From Cenarchaeum symbiosum A (GTDB taxonomy: Archaea; Thermoproteota; Nitrososphaeria; Nitrososphaerales; Nitrosopumilaceae): a stretch of DNA of 32,000 bases. Made by a program: the position numbers and the translations under genes. Location of the stretch: assembly GCA_000200715.1 (NCBI GenBank), contig DP000238.1:924593-956592 (forward strand). The letters are read 5' to 3'. Positions within the stretch are counted from its first letter, which is position 1. Each line of letters begins with the position of its first letter. Shown here in pieces: positions 19,890-27,325 of this stretch. Under the pieces are notes generated by a model, which made no database searches, was not told the DNA's origin, and saw only the letters and a program-made list of their open reading frames with translations.

Positions 19890-20081
19890 ATGTTCCCGCT
19901 GGCAGGCTTTATCGCAGGGCAGGAGTGGATCTTTATCATAGTTATAGCAGTCGTGCTCATATTCGGGGCAAAAAAGATCCCCGAGCTTGCAAAGACCTTT
20001 GGAAAGGCAAAGGGCGAGTACGAAAAGGGCAAGATAGAGGCAGACAAGGAGCTCAAGGAATTCAAAGAGGGCAAGGACTAG
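19890..20081 (+). CDS. tatA: Twin-arginine translocase subunit TatA/E.
   Basis: The sequence MFPLAGFIAGQEWIFIIVIAVVLIFGAKKIPELAKTFGKAKGEYEKG shows the classic single TM, the FG-x-KK-[IL]-PE hinge and an amphipathic helix. I prefer the ATG at 19890 to the track's TTG at 19872. Confidence 0.85.
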   Translation: MFPLAGFIAGQEWIFIIVIAVVLIFGAKKIPELAKTFGKAKGEYEKGKIEADKELKEFKEGKD

Positions 20082-20488
20082 GCGGCGCCTGCCAGCCCGT
20101 CTATGGCATCCTTTAGCCCGTCTGTTATCCTGCCCTTTGAGAGCAAGCCCCTCATTCCCATCCGGATGTCGGCGTCTATACTTATCATGGTCCCGCCTGT
20201 GGCTGGCTCGTACCTTTCGGTGATGCGGCTGCCCTTTGCATCGCCTCCCAGTATGTCCATTCTGTGCAGGCCCGGCGGCTCTGCCGTGTGCCTTGCGGTT
20301 ATGACCAGCTCCCTCCCTCCCAGCAGGCGGTGCTCTTCTGTGACGGTCTTGCCGTTTCTAGAGGAGAGCACGCGGACCGACGGGTAATATTCCGGGAGCA
20401 GCTCTGCGAGCCGCGCATAATCCGTGGCCAGACAGAATACTGTGCCCCTGTCCGCCCGGACCAGCCTCTCAAAGGCAATCTTGGTCAT
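20078..20488 (-). CDS. SRPBCC/START-like (polyketide cyclase/Bet v1-fold) family protein.
   Basis: It is 136 aa. The length and alternating beta/long C-terminal helix pattern (ERLVRADRGTVFCLATDYARLAELLPEY..) are typical of SRPBCC proteins. A TATA-like CTTTTAAC (20511-20518, minus strand) lies about 26 nt upstream. Confidence 0.6.
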   Translation of the reverse strand: MTKIAFERLVRADRGTVFCLATDYARLAELLPEYYPSVRVLSSRNGKTVTEEHRLLGGRELVITARHTAEPPGLHRMDILGGDAKGSRITERYEPATGGTMISIDADIRMGMRGLLSKGRITDGLKDAIDGLAGAA

Positions 20489-20545
20489 GATATTGTTCCA
20501 TGATATAGGAGTTAAAAGCCTGACCTTGGGGACAGGTGCGCTAAA

Positions 20546-21118
20546 TCAGGCAGAATCCGCGGGGCCCTTTCCCCATCTAGGGTACAGGTCGTGCTCTATG
20601 CCGAACTGGTCGAGGCACTTGCCCACGCCGTGATCTACCATGTCGGATACGGAGCCCGGGCGGGTATAGAACTCGGCCATTGGCGGCAGTATCACCACTC
20701 CCAGCCGGGCAAGCTTGAGCATGTTCTCGAGGTGTATCGCGGAGAGCGGCGATTCTCTTGCCATCAGGACCAGTTTGCGCGATTCCTTGATGGTCACACC
20801 TGCAGCCCTGGACAAAAGAGTCTCGTCATATCCGTTTGCTATGCTGGAGAGCGTCTTCATGCTGCAGGGGGCGATGATCATCCCGCCGGTCCTGTGTGTG
20901 CCGCTGGACACGCTGGCTGCCATGTTGTGCGCGCCAGATACCGTGCCCGCAAGTGATGCGACCTGCTCGGCCGTATAGGATGTCTCCATGGGTATGCACT
21001 TTGCGCCCCATTCGCTCATTATCAGGTGGGTGTGTATTCCAAGCTCCCGGAGCACCTCTAGCATGCGTATCCCGTAGATGACGCCGGTGCTGCCGGATAT
21101 CCCTATTACCAGTTCCAC
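20546..21118 (-). CDS. ubiX: Flavin prenyltransferase UbiX/Pad1 family (prFMN synthase).
   Basis: The motifs ELVIGISGSTG.IYG.R.LE, MIIAPCSMKTLSSIANGY..L..RAA.V.LKE.RKLVL..RE.PL and HLENML.L...G..I.PP match UbiX. The start is ambiguous. GTG at 21118 gives a canonical N-terminus (M-ELVIGISG) and has a TATA-like CTAAAATA (21140-21147, minus strand) about 25 nt upstream, whereas the track start is GTG at 21187. Confidence 0.85.
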   Translation of the reverse strand: MELVIGISGSTGVIYGIRMLEVLRELGIHTHLIMSEWGAKCIPMETSYTAEQVASLAGTVSGAHNMAASVSSGTHRTGGMIIAPCSMKTLSSIANGYDETLLSRAAGVTIKESRKLVLMARESPLSAIHLENMLKLARLGVVILPPMAEFYTRPGSVSDMVDHGVGKCLDQFGIEHDLYPRWGKGPADSA

Positions 21119-21655
21119 GGCCTGCGTTATGATGGCCCGTATTTTAGCCGTTTGCGCCCCCGTGTATCTAGTGTCCGCATCACACACGGGTTTGGCGGCC
21201 TAGGACCAGGCTCTTCTAAATAATCCTGATCTCTAAAATAATTTGCCAAGCGGTTTATTCAACGCCAGCAGGCCAATCTCCCAAATCTCACAAGTTTCAT
21301 CCTCCCGGCGGGCCGCTGGCCAAGCCTAACTGTGCCACATGCGCAGGGGTTTTCGGGCAGGTGGTTCAAACCAGCAAATTTCCCAGATTCCCCCTTTCGG
21401 AGGCCGGCCTTTTGCCTGCCATGCATGTCGCATTTACCCAATCCCCCCTTCAGTGAACCGACCCACTGCACTTGGTCCGCGTGCAGTTTTCATGGCCAAA
21501 CAGTATGTTTACGCATCCAGTGTCCCGGGGCAAGCATGCCGCATTTCTCGGAGAATGAATGTCCCACCAGGTAGTTTTTCTCGCAAATGCTTCTTGCGCC
21601 TGTCCTCCATCAACCTAATGAGGGGGCAAACACTCATGCAAAACACATCAGTACC

Positions 21656-21665
21656 TTTTTAAATA
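21656..21665 (+). promoter_or_regulatory. TATA-like box (TTTTTAAATA) about 24 nt upstream of the ATG at 21685.
   Basis: It marks the left edge of the low-GC islet. Confidence 0.5.
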
Positions 21666-21684
21666 CCTCTGGTCATTTTCTATC

Positions 21685-22239
21685 ATGGATTATAAAAAAA
21701 TAAATGCTCAGGACGCTGTTCTTTTAATCGTACATGCCAACAACGATGAACTGCGTGGTAGAACGATCCTCCAAAAGCTGGCATATTTTTGGACGCTTTC
21801 CATTTCTCCGATTATCAATGTTAGCTTCGAGTCCCATTACTATGGCCCGTATAGCGCTGAAATACGCCATGCACTGGACATAACTGTAGCAAAGTCGCTG
21901 ATGGATGAAAGCATCAGATCCGAGGAGACTTATAACAGATATTGTTATAAAATTACTGAAGACTCCAAAGATCTTGTCCGGACTATTGCAGAGGAGTATA
22001 AAGACGAATTCAAACAAATTAGTCACATTATAGCCACCTGTAAAGAATTTGAGTGCCTTCAATACAAAGAACTTTCACACGCAGTAAAGGCCTACTATCT
22101 ATATGACAAAATGGCCGAAAAAGAAAAAACTAAATCCGCAGAAGTCATGGTTGGTAAAGCACGTTCGTTTGGCTGGAGTGTTGAACAGAAAAAAATTCAA
22201 AACGGAATCAAACTCCTCGAAAAACTTGAGCTTATCTGA
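21685..22239 (+). CDS. Panacea/DUF4065-like (SocA-type antitoxin domain) protein encoded in a low-GC islet.
   Basis: The segment RTILQKLAYFW...(x18)...FESHYYGPYSAEIRHAL matches my recall of the Panacea signature (K-L-Q-K-L-x-Y, then F-x-A-W-x-x-G-P-x-x-x-x-[VIL]-Y). Two 60-nt lines I counted inside the gene are 37-38% GC, versus 67% for a flanking line. The family call is from memory and has not been searched. Confidence 0.6.
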   Translation: MDYKKINAQDAVLLIVHANNDELRGRTILQKLAYFWTLSISPIINVSFESHYYGPYSAEIRHALDITVAKSLMDESIRSEETYNRYCYKITEDSKDLVRTIAEEYKDEFKQISHIIATCKEFECLQYKELSHAVKAYYLYDKMAEKEKTKSAEVMVGKARSFGWSVEQKKIQNGIKLLEKLELI

Positions 22240-22254
22240 AAACGATTGTTACGG

Positions 22255-22259
22255 TTTTT
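22255..22259 (+). terminator. Oligo-T (T5) 16 nt after the stop of the Panacea-like gene.
   Basis: Archaeal termination commonly uses short T-runs. This run is short, so confidence is low. Confidence 0.3.
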
Positions 22260-22370
22260 ACAGCAAGAGACTGAGATATATGCGATGATAATGTGCAGAT
22301 CCTTCGGCCCGGGGCCGTCAAATCCGTGCGTGGTGTGAATATCCACCCCGTGCAGCGGGGGCCCAGGTAC

Positions 22371-22514
22371 CTACCGCCCGTCCGGTCCGGGCCCGTCGCC
22401 GGGGGGGATCTCCTTCGCCTCGCGCCTCCTCTTGAGCCACAGGCTGATGCACCCCGCCGCCATTGCCGTAAGCAGTATGATGCCCGTGATCTGCAGCTCT
22501 GCGTGGTAGAACAA
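22371..22514 (-). CDS. Possible small membrane peptide (47 aa from TTG, or 30 aa from the ATG at 22463). It is speculative.
   Basis: The translation is LFYHAELQITGIILLTAMAAGCISLWLKRRREAKEIPPGDGPGPDGR*, which is one clean TM helix followed by KRRR (positive-inside). It falls below the 60-aa track cutoff and I saw no obvious TATA box. Confidence 0.2.
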   Translation of the reverse strand: MFYHAELQITGIILLTAMAAGCISLWLKRRREAKEIPPGDGPGPDGR

Positions 22515-22680
22515 CCGTATCTCGTATCAGGGGCGAATAAATTCCTTGCCGGATGGGGAGGGCGCCAATGGCTGCCGGCGCACCCCCTGCGGGCCTTGCA
22601 GGGCGTCAGTCAAGCCGGGGGCGGGCGTGCTCTGGGCGGCATTTGGACCCACTTCTGCACAAAGGACAGGGGTTGGCTTT

Positions 22681-22688
22681 AAAAAAAA
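22681..22688 (-). terminator. T8 run on the minus strand, 24 nt downstream of a short minus-strand ORF fragment that stops at 22712.
   Basis: A8 on the + strand equals T8 on the minus strand. It may terminate a decayed gene or an ncRNA lying in 22.7-23.1 kb. Confidence 0.3.
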
Positions 22689-23117
22689 CTGAAAAGAGCA
22701 AGACCGTTGAGCTAGCCTGCAGATATGAGGTCAAAGGTGTGCATTGCGTACACCGTGTCTACGGCATTGACCATAGTACCGGATGCAGAAACTGCGGGGG
22801 ACAAACGGCCGGGAACATCACAGCCTGCAGGGCAGGTATTCTAGTCCGTACAGATGGCAGGGATGTGACTGTCCGGTCTTAGGATGGGGGCAGACATGGC
22901 ATTCATGACCGCCGTACTTTGTCATCAACACAGGCGCCCTGCCGATCATGGATCAGGCAGATCATACGCCAGATCCAGCAGGCATGCAGAGGGGTAGGCC
23001 CTGTACATCGATCACTGCTCCACGAAGGCCTTCAGGCGTAAGAGAGGTACATGCCTGCCTCCAAATGGAGGGCGTCAACTACTACCAAGGGCGATTTCAT
23101 GGCCAATCTTGGAAAGG

Positions 23118-23128
23118 ATTAATAATTA
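23118..23128 (+). promoter_or_regulatory. TATA-like box (ATTAATAATTA) about 24 nt upstream of the ATG at 23147.
   Basis: It is an AT-rich block in otherwise GC-rich DNA. Confidence 0.45.
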
Positions 23129-23146
23129 CTATTTGCTGGGCGTGGC

Positions 23147-23800
23147 ATGATCGGGAGAACGTATGTGGCAGGAGCAGGCCTGGCGGCCGTGCTGCTCGCA
23201 ATGGCGTTTACCCCCGCAGGCGCGCTGTCCTCTCCCGCTGAGAGCGGGATCCAGTTCTATGGGATGGCGGAGCTGGTACACAGGGATGCCGGCGGCGACG
23301 TGCTGGCCTCACAGACCGTCCACAACAGGCTCGTGGACACCGGCGAGATATTCATACTAGATACCATATTCAATACCGATACCGCCATAACACCGGACAG
23401 CCAGAGGATCGACACGATCTGCCTCACCAGTACACAGGTGGACGATCCCCCTGAAGATGCCCTAGCAAGCTCCTATGAGGCAACCCTCGCCGGTTCCGGC
23501 GGAGACCCGTGCAAGTCTGTCACTGAGGTCATTCTACCAGGAGCCAGCGATCCACTCTACGGCGCTGCCGTCATAGGCCCCCTCACATGGCAGGCAGGAC
23601 TAGACCTAGGGACAACCCCGGACCAGACCATCGAAGGGGTGCTCGTATGCATCAAGAATAACCCAGATGGCCCCACCAATGATAATTGTGCAGACGCGGG
23701 AGATCTCTTTGCAGCAGTGGATGCAGGGCCCTTCACACCCACAGGCTCCGAGACGGTCGATATAACCTACATATTCAACATGTCATCACCCGACACCTGA
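23147..23800 (+). CDS. Secreted hypothetical protein (217 aa) with an N-terminal signal peptide and 4 Cys.
   Basis: MIGRTYVAGAGLAAVLLAMAFTPAGA is a signal-like n-h-c region. The mature part is T/D/G-rich with Cys at ..TICLT.., ..DPCKS.., ..LVCIK.. and ..DNCAD... I recognise no family. Confidence 0.7.
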   Translation: MIGRTYVAGAGLAAVLLAMAFTPAGALSSPAESGIQFYGMAELVHRDAGGDVLASQTVHNRLVDTGEIFILDTIFNTDTAITPDSQRIDTICLTSTQVDDPPEDALASSYEATLAGSGGDPCKSVTEVILPGASDPLYGAAVIGPLTWQAGLDLGTTPDQTIEGVLVCIKNNPDGPTNDNCADAGDLFAAVDAGPFTPTGSETVDITYIFNMSSPDT

Positions 23801-23842
23801 TACTAGTCTACACAGCACAGCCATCTACAGTAGAGCGAAATC

Positions 23843-23851
23843 ATAATTATA
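23843..23851 (+). promoter_or_regulatory. TATA-like box (ATAATTATA) about 26 nt upstream of the purP ATG.
   Basis: The spacing supports ATG 23873 as a leaderless start. Confidence 0.5.
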
Positions 23852-23872
23852 CCGCCCGGATTTGTACAATAC

Positions 23873-24964
23873 ATGATAAACAGCTCCGAGATGGGCAGGA
23901 TAGCGGCAGGATATGGCAGCCCAAGGGTGGGCGTGCTTGGCAGCCACTCGGCCCTGGAGATAATGGACGGGGCGGTCGACGAGGGCCTCGACACGGTGGT
24001 AATCTGCGAAAAGGGCAGGGAGACGCCATACAAAAGGTTCGGAAGGATAGCAGGCGAGACTGTCGTGCTGCACCGGTTTATAGACATGGCCTCGAGGCGC
24101 ATGCAAAAGATGCTGCTGGATACCGAGACGATAATAGTCCCGCACAGGTCCCTGACGGCGTACCTCGGATACGACATACTTGAGGACCGCCTGGCCGTCC
24201 CCATATTCGGCAACAGGGCGCTCTTCCGTGCAGAAGAGCGCGACGTGGAAAGAAACCAGTACCACCTTCTACACAAGGCGCGCATAAAGCACCCGAAACT
24301 CTTCAAGGACCCGAGGCAGATATCGGGGCCCTGCATAGTAAAGGTGATGGAAAAGGGAAGGTCGCTTGAGCGCGCATTCTTTACGGTAGGCTCGTACAAG
24401 GACTATAAAGAGCAGTCAAAATCCAAGATAGAGCGCGGACTCATATCGGAAAAGGCGCTAGAAAGTGCATCCATAGAGGAGCTGGCAGTCGGCACGTACC
24501 TCAATTTCAACTACTTTTACACGCCGGTCTCCGACCAGGTGGACTTTATGGGGATAGAGAGGAGGCTGCAGACGAATACAAACGACTTTACCTCCCTGCC
24601 GGCAAAGCAGCAGCTGGCCATGGATATAGAGCTGCAGAACATAGAAGTGGGCCACACGCCGGCAAGCGTTAGAGAATCACTGCTCGAGGGGATATTTTCC
24701 ATGGGGGACAGGTTCGTCCGGGCCGTGAAAAAAGAGTACCCGCCGGGGATAATCGGCCCGTTCTCTCTGCAAAGCGTGGTCACGCGCGATCTAGAGTTCA
24801 TAGTATATGACGTCTCCCTCAGGGTGCCAGGCAACCCCATACTATCCACGACAACCCCCTATACAAAATACCAGTACGGCGAGACCTTTGGGGTGGGCCG
24901 GCGCATAGCCATGGAGATAAGGCGGGCGGCAAACGAGGGCAGGCTGCCCGAGATAGTCACCTAG
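23873..24964 (+). CDS. purP: 5-formaminoimidazole-4-carboxamide ribonucleotide (FAICAR) synthetase PurP (archaeal ATP-grasp).
   Basis: ..VLGSHSALEIMDGAVDEGLDTVVICEKGRETPYKRF.. and ..IVPHRSLTAYLG...VPIFGNRALFRAEERD.. closely resemble the methanogen PurP N-terminus as I recall it. The 363-aa length fits. Confidence 0.9.
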   Translation: MINSSEMGRIAAGYGSPRVGVLGSHSALEIMDGAVDEGLDTVVICEKGRETPYKRFGRIAGETVVLHRFIDMASRRMQKMLLDTETIIVPHRSLTAYLGYDILEDRLAVPIFGNRALFRAEERDVERNQYHLLHKARIKHPKLFKDPRQISGPCIVKVMEKGRSLERAFFTVGSYKDYKEQSKSKIERGLISEKALESASIEELAVGTYLNFNYFYTPVSDQVDFMGIERRLQTNTNDFTSLPAKQQLAMDIELQNIEVGHTPASVRESLLEGIFSMGDRFVRAVKKEYPPGIIGPFSLQSVVTRDLEFIVYDVSLRVPGNPILSTTTPYTKYQYGETFGVGRRIAMEIRRAANEGRLPEIVT

Positions 24965-25410
24965 GCCTCCATCTTTTCCCGCAGCAGGCCCTTTCTGACC
25001 AGTATGGGTATCTTGTAGAATGCGGCAAGCGCCATCGCATCAGACGCGCGATAGTTCCGCAGGACGAGGTCCTTTCTGCCGGTAAAGTACAGGTTGGCCC
25101 GGAGCACCTGGCCGCTGCTGTATATCTTCACCTTTACCAAAACGAGGTCGTTTTCGTCGCAGATCTCCTCTACCATCTTGTATACGGTCGGGACCTGGTC
25201 GGGGTCGGCGTCCATAAAGCCCGATATGTGGCGCGCAACCTCGCCAGAGAACGCCCTCATGTGGAACTCTTGGCCCTCGTCAGACTTTAGAATAAGCACG
25301 CCCTCGACAGCATACGGGTCGACAAAGCCCACGTAGTCGATCTTGACTGATTCATAGTCCGGCTCCTGCTTTTGGTCGATCTCCACACGCCACATCCCCC
25401 ATATTGCCAT
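24961..25410 (-). CDS. Bifunctional nuclease (BFN/DUF151) domain protein.
   Basis: The sequence from MAIWGMWRVEI... onward includes GVLILKSDEGQEFHMRAFSGEVARHIS...PTVYKMVEEI...VKVKIY..GQVLRANLYF......RASDAMALAAFYKIPILV, which matches the DUF151 pattern. The track ORF (to 25764) adds a 118-aa His/Arg-rich extension that overlaps the trkH start, so I reject that extension. Confidence 0.7.
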   Translation of the reverse strand: MAIWGMWRVEIDQKQEPDYESVKIDYVGFVDPYAVEGVLILKSDEGQEFHMRAFSGEVARHISGFMDADPDQVPTVYKMVEEICDENDLVLVKVKIYSSGQVLRANLYFTGRKDLVLRNYRASDAMALAAFYKIPILVRKGLLREKMEA

Positions 25411-25476
25411 ATAAACATGCCACGGGGACGCCGGTTCAACCCTTAAAATGCCGGCCGCCGGCCGGCGGGTTGTACC

Positions 25477-27306
25477 ATGTCCACCGAGCCGCAGCGCGCA
25501 GTAAAGTATGTCATGGGCCGGCCAGTCTCCGTATACATGAAAAACGACGTGCTGGTCCTGCCGCGCGGGATGCTCACGCGCAGGGCGGCAAGCATGATGC
25601 AGAGCAGCGAGCACGACGATGTGGTGGTCACCGAGGGGGGCGTGCCCGTGGGTATTGTCACCGACGAGGACATACTCGGCAAGGTCGGCGACTACAAGGT
25701 GACCGCGGAAGAGACCACCCTTGGCGACATAATGAGCGAACCGCTCCACACCATAGACGAGCATGCCTCGCTAAGGGAGGCCATAAACAAGATGAACAAG
25801 CACGGCATAAGGAAGCTGCCCGTGCTGTCCAAAAAGAATACGGTCATAGGGATAATAACGCACGGAGCGGTAGCGGTGGCCGTCAGGAATGCCGCGGCCA
25901 CAAAGCCGAGGCTGCTCAGCCCGCCGGTCAAGGCGATACTAGGCAACCTTGGGTTTGTGCTGCAGTTTGCGGGGGCTCTTCTGCTGGTTCCCGCGATAGT
26001 GGCGACGGTCCTCAACGATACAGTAACGGCCACCGGCATATACCTGACAACAGTCCTGCTGCTGGTCACTGGGTTCTTTCTCAATTCATACGGGGAAAAG
26101 GCCAGCCTGAACATGCAGCAGGCATCAATACTGGTCTTTGTCAGCCTGTTCATACTGACCCTGTTTGGGACCATACCGTACCTGTACGTTGCACCGCCGG
26201 GCGAGGGCTCGGCCGCCGAGGTCTTTGCAAACAGCTTCTTTTCTAGCGCGGCGGGCTTTACCACCGGGGGCATATCGATATACGACCCCGACGAGCTGCC
26301 GCAGAGCTTTACCTTTTTTCGCAGCTTTACACAATTAGTGGGCGGGATGAGTTTCATCTATCTTGTGATAACCGCGTTTTATCCCGAGAGCAAGCTCCGG
26401 TCGATGCGCGGATTCATATCCGGCAGGACCCTGCACATGAGGGAGCTGTTCGGGACCATCACGTTCATCTTTGGGCTGTACATAGTGATAGTGGCCACTC
26501 TTTTGTACCTGTTCGGCGAGCAGGACATACTAGATAACATCTCGCTTGCAATGAGCACGCTGGCTACCGGCGGCTTTGTGCCCTCGTCTACGATACTCGA
26601 AGACATGGTCTGGCAGGAGCACCTCATACTCATGGCGGCCATGATCCTGGGCGCCCTGCCCTTTACATTCCACTACGGGTTTGTCAGGAAAAAGTTCCTC
26701 TCGCCCAGGCTGGGAAAAGAGGTGCTCGCCTACTTTGCCCTTCTCGGCGGGGCGGCCCTTTTGTTCACATGGGTAAGCGGCCTTGGGCCGGTCTTTGGGA
26801 CGTTTTATACCGTCTCTGCTAGCACTACAGCGGGCCTGCAGATATCGAGCCTTGAATCGCTCAGCGGGCCCGCGCATGCTATTCTCATACTGCTCATGTT
26901 TGTCGGCGGGTGCGGCTTCTCCACTGCGGGGGGGATCAAGATATACCGGTTCATGCAGGTAAGGGGCGCCTGGAGGCTGCTGCGCGGCGGCCTCCGGGGA
27001 GGGGAGGATGCCACCAAGGATGAGAAAGACGAGAGGAAAGAGACTGCGACTGCCGTGCTCATAATAATGCTGTTCCCGCTGATTGCAGGCGTTACCACCA
27101 TCCACCTGATGGGGATAACCGACGCGACCCTTGATAATGCGTTTTTAGAGGCGGCAGGGCTGATAACAACAGGGGGCCTGTCTGCCGATGTGATCACAGC
27201 CGAGCTGGATCCTGCCACCATGATCACGTTTGGCTTTTTGATGATATTTGGCAGGCTGGAGATAATAGCCATCCTGTACATTTTTGTGCCGCGCCTCGCC
27301 CCCTGA
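25477..27306 (+). CDS. trkH: K+ transporter of the TrkH/KtrB family with an N-terminal CBS-pair (Bateman) domain fused to it.
   Basis: Aa ~10-150 contain two CBS motifs (..VVVTEGGVPVGIVTDEDIL.. and ..IRKLPVLSKKNTVIGIITHG..). The remainder has TrkH-type P-loops (GFTTGGIS, LATGGFVPS, STTAGLQIS, LITTGGLSA) and the GFSTAGGIKIYRF loop. Confidence 0.85.
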   Translation: MSTEPQRAVKYVMGRPVSVYMKNDVLVLPRGMLTRRAASMMQSSEHDDVVVTEGGVPVGIVTDEDILGKVGDYKVTAEETTLGDIMSEPLHTIDEHASLREAINKMNKHGIRKLPVLSKKNTVIGIITHGAVAVAVRNAAATKPRLLSPPVKAILGNLGFVLQFAGALLLVPAIVATVLNDTVTATGIYLTTVLLLVTGFFLNSYGEKASLNMQQASILVFVSLFILTLFGTIPYLYVAPPGEGSAAEVFANSFFSSAAGFTTGGISIYDPDELPQSFTFFRSFTQLVGGMSFIYLVITAFYPESKLRSMRGFISGRTLHMRELFGTITFIFGLYIVIVATLLYLFGEQDILDNISLAMSTLATGGFVPSSTILEDMVWQEHLILMAAMILGALPFTFHYGFVRKKFLSPRLGKEVLAYFALLGGAALLFTWVSGLGPVFGTFYTVSASTTAGLQISSLESLSGPAHAILILLMFVGGCGFSTAGGIKIYRFMQVRGAWRLLRGGLRGGEDATKDEKDERKETATAVLIIMLFPLIAGVTTIHLMGITDATLDNAFLEAAGLITTGGLSADVITAELDPATMITFGFLMIFGRLEIIAILYIFVPRLAP

Positions 27307-27319
27307 GGGCAGGATACAG

Positions 27320-27325
27320 TTTAAT
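27320..27325 (+). promoter_or_regulatory. TATA-like TTTAAT about 26 nt upstream of the GTG at 27349.
   Basis: The spacing is consistent with the other genes in the window. The box itself is weak. Confidence 0.35.

Noticed and set aside
1-20081. The giant protein as a substrate of the adjacent Tat system.
   Set aside because: The N-terminus, and therefore any twin-arginine signal, lies outside the window. Tat transport of a folded protein of more than 6,000 aa is implausible, so I keep this only as a low-interest adjacency note.
21363-21372. GGTTCAAACC, which resembles a tRNA T-loop and could hint at a tRNA or att site next to the low-GC islet.
   Set aside because: I could not build a 5-bp T-stem or any cloverleaf from the flanking sequence. 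No acceptor or anticodon arms are evident.
21656-22290. The low-GC islet considered as a mobile element (IS, integrated element).
   Set aside because: I could not find an integrase or transposase ORF, terminal inverted repeats or flanking direct repeats by eye, so I report only the compositional anomaly.
22293-23241. Plus-strand ORFs 22293-22682 (129 aa), 22553-22882 (109 aa) and 22948-23241 (97 aa).
   Set aside because: Their translations are Arg/Gly/Pro-rich, the first two overlap each other, and none has promoter context. The last one runs into the well-supported secreted-protein gene in another frame.
25411-25764. The 118-aa N-terminal extension of the BFN/DUF151 ORF (track 24961-25764).
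   Set aside because: The extension is His/Arg/Ala-rich and not protein-like. It overlaps the trkH start and CBS domain on the opposite strand, and the DUF151 homology begins only after the ATG at 25410.
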